Positions 61,001 through 64,000 of a stretch of DNA of 64,000 nucleotides are shown piece by piece. The position numbers were made by a program, and so were the translations under genes. This stretch comes from an uncultured Gemmatimonadaceae bacterium (lineage in GTDB: Bacteria; Gemmatimonadota; Gemmatimonadetes; Gemmatimonadales; Gemmatimonadaceae): NCBI GenBank assembly GCA_963829055.1, contig CAWHHI010000017.1:160001-224000 (forward strand). The letters are read 5' to 3'. The notes beneath the pieces were generated by a model. The model was not told the DNA's origin. It was given only the letters and a program-made list of their open reading frames with translations, and did no database searches. The stretch's first letter is position 1, and each line of letters opens with the position of its first letter.

Positions 61001-63678
61001 CGCAATTCCAGCAGCTGTCGCGGCGCAACATCCGTGTCCACCTCGGCGAGCTTCACCGCTTCGGTGAGGTGGTCGATCGCCGCTGGCTCCTCGCGCGTCG
61101 CGAAGACGCCCCCGAGCGCGATCGCCAGCTGCAGGCGGTCCGCCGGTGACGTCATCGAGGGACGGATGCGCTCGAGTCGCCGGAGCGCGTCGTCGGCCCT
61201 GCCGTATCGCGCGTCGATCTGCGCGCGCAGTACGTCGAGCGTGCCGCGATTCACGTGCGCGCCCTCACCGCGGCGGACGAGTGCCTCGAGATCCTCGAGC
61301 GCGCGCTCGCCCTCCGCCCACCAGTCGACGTCACCGCTGCCGCCACTCGACGCGCCGAGCTGGATCGCGGCGCGCGCCTTCGCGATCAGCGCGTCGCACA
61401 GCAGCGCCGGCGCAATGATCGGCGTGCCATCGTCCCGGAGAATTGGACGGCGATCGTCGTCGAGGTACTCGGGCTGCGTGGGCTCGGTAGCCACCTCGAA
61501 CGCGAGGCGCACATCGGTCTTCGTCATGGCGCGACGGAGCGAGCGGCGCCACGCACGCTCCGCTTCCGGACCGCCGAGCTGGAAGCGGTGGAACAGCATC
61601 GCGCGCGTGGCGCGTACCCAGCGCTCGTTGTCGACTCGTTCGACGGCCCGTGCGACACTCGCGTAGTACGTCGCCGCGCGCTGTTGCAGGCGGCGGAACA
61701 CCGGCTGGCGCTGCAGCTCGCGACGCATCGGGCGCACCGCGTCTTCGTGGAAGACGACGGTATCGCGGTCGGCGTCCGCGCGTACGAACGACAGGGTGCT
61801 CGCGTAGCCCTCGAGGCGAGACCAGAGGTCATCCACTTCCAGCGCGACGGCGCCCGCACTCGCCTCGCCAGGCGCGACGTAGTAGGGATGCAATCCAGTG
61901 GCGTCGAGACGTGGATCGTCTCGCTGCGACGTGCCACCTAACGCCGCGTGGAGCTCCGGCAGCAGCACATCGCGCAGGAAGCTCTTCGTCAGCTGACGCG
62001 GCACCACGCCGTAGCGCAGGAGCCAGCATAACGCCTGGTCCGATGCTTCGATCCGGCGCAGTACGCGATTGACGAGATACTCGAGCTCCGGATTCGGCGA
62101 TGCCCGCACCTGCTCGGCCGTCATCTCGCCCCCGATCTGCCATTCGTCGGCATACAGGGAGAGCGCGAACGGCAGCCCGCGCGAGCACTCCGCCATGGCG
62201 CGCACCGCGTCGCCGTCGGGGAGGCCACGAATGTCCACGAGATAGCGCACGCTCTCGTCGGGCTCGAAGCGCTGGATCCGGACGGACCGCGTGACATCGC
62301 CGAACTCGGTGCCGAATCCCTTCAGCTTCGTATCGTCCCGCAGATCGAATCGGCCGGCGAGGACCAACCGCAGATTCGGGTACGCGTCGTGGACGCTCGA
62401 CAGACACGCGATGACCGACATCAGGTTCGTGGTGCGCCGGCGGATGACATCCTCGAGCGTGTCGAGCACGACGACGACTGCACCGCCGACGGTATCCCGC
62501 AGCGTATCCGCGAAGTCTTCGGTGACCTGTCGCGCCAGGCGCTGCTCGCCGGTGACGTCGAGAATCTCTCCCGTGTGCTGCGCGCGTCCCTCGACGACCA
62601 GGTCTCGCGCGATGGACACGTACTCATCGTACCGCTCGATGAACCCGGAGAGCGGACGGCCGGCGATCTGCGCGTTGAGCTGCTCGGCGAGGCGGACCAA
62701 CAGCAGCCATGGCGCTTCGGGGAGTACCGTCGGATCCGTGAAGTCGAAGTCGATGCGCGCGTACGGCACGCGATTCGGTACGCACTTCCGCGCGGCAAGC
62801 CACTGCAGGAAGATCGTCTTCCCCATCCCGCCCTGCGCGGTGAGGTCGATGATCCACTCGCGGTCCACGGTGTTCACCGACGCGGCCGACGTCGTGTTGA
62901 TCCCTTGAATGCGGGCCCATTCGTCGCGCATGAACTGCCGTTCGAGCGCATGCGCGCTCTTCGCCAGATCGCCCGCGAACGCACAGCGCGCCTCGTAGTA
63001 CTGCTGCAACGAGTCGTGCATCTCGACCAGCCGCGTGATGGCCAGGCGACGGTCCGCCGCCTGGCCGCGCTGATCACGATGGCGCAACAGCAGCGCGCGC
63101 TGCCCGCCGATGATCTGCAGCACGCGGTAGCAGCGCGCCACGTTGAACTCGGCGTCCGCCTCGCGATACAGCTCGTTCAGCCGCTCGGCGGCTGCCGCCG
63201 GATCAGCCAGGGCGAGCTGGTAGAGGTGCTCGATGCGCCAACCGACGCGAACCGCCTTCCCCGGCGGCGCGAGGTAGTCTACGATCGCGCGACTCAGGGC
63301 GACGCCGTCGAGGACGTCCGAATACGCAGGTGCTTTGTCGTTAGGCGCGAACCATCGCTCCAACCGGGCCGCGCGCGCATCGGCGCGCATGCGGTACACG
63401 GGCTCGCTGCCACCAACGCGCTCGATATCGTTGTGCGCAGTGAGCCACGCGATGTCGGCGTCCGCGTCGGGCGTCGCGTCGCCAGCCGACGGCAGCTGGG
63501 CCAGCAGGACCGTGCGGGCCATCCCCTCATCGAAGATCACCGGAATCGCCGCGCGTCGCAGCAGCATGTGGCGCCGCTCCGGCACGAGCGTCTCGGCCAC
63601 CTCGCGCAGGCTGCCGAGATGATCGGCTTTCGCGAGGAGCGCGCGGAGCGCGGTGAGCGATTCCTGGCTGGTCGCCAC
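58066..63678 (-). CDS. 1870-aa STAND-class P-loop NTPase with TPR-like repeats and a C-terminal degenerate CHAT domain containing a peptidoglycan-binding insert
   Basis: Walker A AQGGMGKT, Walker B VVVVLDTLE, LRLVLAGR, RGLPFAL (GxP); long helical repeats; LDTLPLE, LRALVIAP, VIHVRAP, IVVLDPS; VQRAL..DGIEGPQTRGAVSAFQKSVGLTPSGIADGPT. Confidence 0.85.
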   Translation of the reverse strand: MATSQESLTALRALLAKADHLGSLREVAETLVPERRHMLLRRAAIPVIFDEGMARTVLLAQLPSAGDATPDADADIAWLTAHNDIERVGGSEPVYRMRADARAARLERWFAPNDKAPAYSDVLDGVALSRAIVDYLAPPGKAVRVGWRIEHLYQLALADPAAAAERLNELYREADAEFNVARCYRVLQIIGGQRALLLRHRDQRGQAADRRLAITRLVEMHDSLQQYYEARCAFAGDLAKSAHALERQFMRDEWARIQGINTTSAASVNTVDREWIIDLTAQGGMGKTIFLQWLAARKCVPNRVPYARIDFDFTDPTVLPEAPWLLLVRLAEQLNAQIAGRPLSGFIERYDEYVSIARDLVVEGRAQHTGEILDVTGEQRLARQVTEDFADTLRDTVGGAVVVVLDTLEDVIRRRTTNLMSVIACLSSVHDAYPNLRLVLAGRFDLRDDTKLKGFGTEFGDVTRSVRIQRFEPDESVRYLVDIRGLPDGDAVRAMAECSRGLPFALSLYADEWQIGGEMTAEQVRASPNPELEYLVNRVLRRIEASDQALCWLLRYGVVPRQLTKSFLRDVLLPELHAALGGTSQRDDPRLDATGLHPYYVAPGEASAGAVALEVDDLWSRLEGYASTLSFVRADADRDTVVFHEDAVRPMRRELQRQPVFRRLQQRAATYYASVARAVERVDNERWVRATRAMLFHRFQLGGPEAERAWRRSLRRAMTKTDVRLAFEVATEPTQPEYLDDDRRPILRDDGTPIIAPALLCDALIAKARAAIQLGASSGGSGDVDWWAEGERALEDLEALVRRGEGAHVNRGTLDVLRAQIDARYGRADDALRRLERIRPSMTSPADRLQLAIALGGVFATREEPAAIDHLTEAVKLAEVDTDVAPRQLLELRQLLAAHCMLHDRYDLAAEQLLLVRGRMPRGSMERCYATARLAEAWLGSDEPRQALGAVRNARGECQAALAALPATAPAEERAGWLGARAEIEVLEARAMLARGEVAEALGMVDAALATATQLGTLQLARPGFEMLAIVAEGTARSARGAVLATMGRHGAALDELETSRQIWAQRIKRVEQSAADLHRKVLLLIYRVGDLKMAEQHLNEAERITLPPRGDAWTALRVAAVRLDDARGRPVDAANRLRTSCPPGAARTPRVDVGVAIAALSEDRSGSEPNAASAGTAARDAAGYATLLTNAVERISPPGAARLCISRAIPDFAPLSSIGEVGRSVAERIGVTFDAVLGPARSLSPWSRLDRARVAFALGLEADALQWLASVSAAALMSASAPLVALAHSLECEMGVPETQRQSRAAVSALIANPGEYRTLAGIVASREAAHLAREGKREESRMMAEAAAPLLSPRGELPSFWSAQCDDLRAQFAATADDRQHFLAEAISRYDALGQQHAAERLREQRGPSTVELTVRDERPPISVRLMADGTNVRCEVPAGDDEHGTVAFDTSTAHNPALDHLRSDLEAARSQAVPYQVSRLLADEWFGAIRDLGTLLGTRELWETTLGGNTSAPPVDVRLEVDSPLLDTLPLECFPDRGEEPGFLALDPRVGTLYRSVRVTDARRTHVTWVQRALSTIGGTRIFADGIEGPQTRGAVSAFQKSVGLTPSGIADGPTSALLFDRLRRLHRGDQRLRALVIAPAPELARSIGGEDEAAADRVARAYEEAGFDTMVREGVAVAELRELCGSFHPEVIHVRAPLRESASLGGIVLDARAAGSSDNASVRGDALTPSGVTRALGQTRWPDRPIVVLDPSRGHGRTQAMLQMLLRNGFAADLFRQGTAVAVVGVGLGEPDQHARITRMIAESFARGHSLSDLVTDLRESHSGMGKNRAVDMTFESMLPTVGVALWAFDPSLVYMAPPEEGGRRP

Positions 63679-63681
63679 GAC

Positions 63682-64000
63682 CTATTTCACCTGCCCCATG
63701 AACGTGACCATGGCGTCCAGCTCGTCGCGACCCCAGCGCGCATCGGGCGACGCGTTGCGCAGCTTCTGGCTCTTCCACTCGATGAGCGGCTCGGCCAGCG
63801 CGCGGTCGAGTCCGCGGTCCACCGTGAACTCGCGGGCCAGGAGCTCCCAGTCGGCCGGCACGAACCACTGCAGCTCGCAGTCGGTGCCTAACGCCGCAAG
63901 GTCCGACAGGCCGAGCGCCTTGAGCTGCGACGCGCCGGCAGTGAGAATGAGCCGGACGTTCTTGATGTCGCCGTTCGCGATCGGGTCGATCAGCTCGCGA
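63682..64000 (-). CDS. 3' end of an upstream gene, STAND-NTPase-like C-terminal portion (partial)
   Basis: Manual translation (not in ORF track): RELIDPIANGDIKNVRLILTAGASQLKALGLSDLAALGTDCELQWFVPADWELLAREF...FMGQVK*; stop TAG 63682-63684, 3 nt before the next GTG. Confidence 0.7.
   Translation of the reverse strand, partial: RELIDPIANGDIKNVRLILTAGASQLKALGLSDLAALGTDCELQWFVPADWELLAREFTVDRGLDRALAEPLIEWKSQKLRNASPDARWGRDELDAMVTFMGQVK

Noticed and set aside
765..63891. Long antisense or alternate-frame ORFs (e.g. 765-1733, 24578-26266, 41347-42471, 62389-63891)
   Set aside because: Arg/Ala/Pro-rich shadows of real genes, expected at high GC, with no recognisable motifs.
2034..63893. GTTAGG as a telomere-like repeat or as a Chi/KOPS site
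   Set aside because: Copies are isolated rather than tandem and split about evenly between strands, unlike replichore-polarised signals (unless the window is heavily rearranged).
1..64000. CRISPR array
   Set aside because: No run of identical 25-40 bp repeats with unique regular spacers and no cas-like ORF; the repeats seen are dispersed palindromes or 7-9-mers.
1..64000. tRNA, rRNA, transposase, integrase or prophage genes
   Set aside because: None recognised by eye or in the ORF translations; a covariance search could still find small RNAs.

Overview
High-GC (roughly 68-70% by eye) bacterial chromosomal segment with about 50 genes. The gene mix (BTAD/TPR regulator, RCC1 and Big_1/Big_2 lipoproteins, DUF885, DUF1080, TAT-exported TIM barrels, LVIVD and YVTN propellers) suggests Gemmatimonadota, which is an inference. 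At least 12 recognisable genes are broken by frameshifts, densest at 3-9.3 kb, which looks like uncorrected long-read indels rather than real decay. Metabolic content includes a MetR-like LysR divergent from a class V aminotransferase, a galactoside cluster (TAT glycosidase, Na+/solute symporter, NDP-sugar pyrophosphorylase, galactokinase, no galT) and 3-keto-glycoside pathway parts. I saw no rRNA, tRNA, CRISPR array or transposase. Three signals stand out. (1) The non-palindromic octamer GCCTAACG/CGTTAGGC occurs about 51 times by hand count, evenly on both strands, including inside genes and as stop codons. (2) The right end encodes a 1870-aa STAND NTPase-TPR protein ending in an apparently inactive CHAT (caspase-like) domain with a peptidoglycan-binding domain inserted into it; it follows, in frame across one TAG, a second STAND-like gene. 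(3) At least five families of palindromic or MITE-like intergenic repeats are present, some nested and some translated. A tandem pair of RlaP/YcgL-like nucleotidyltransferases lies next to the STAND locus.
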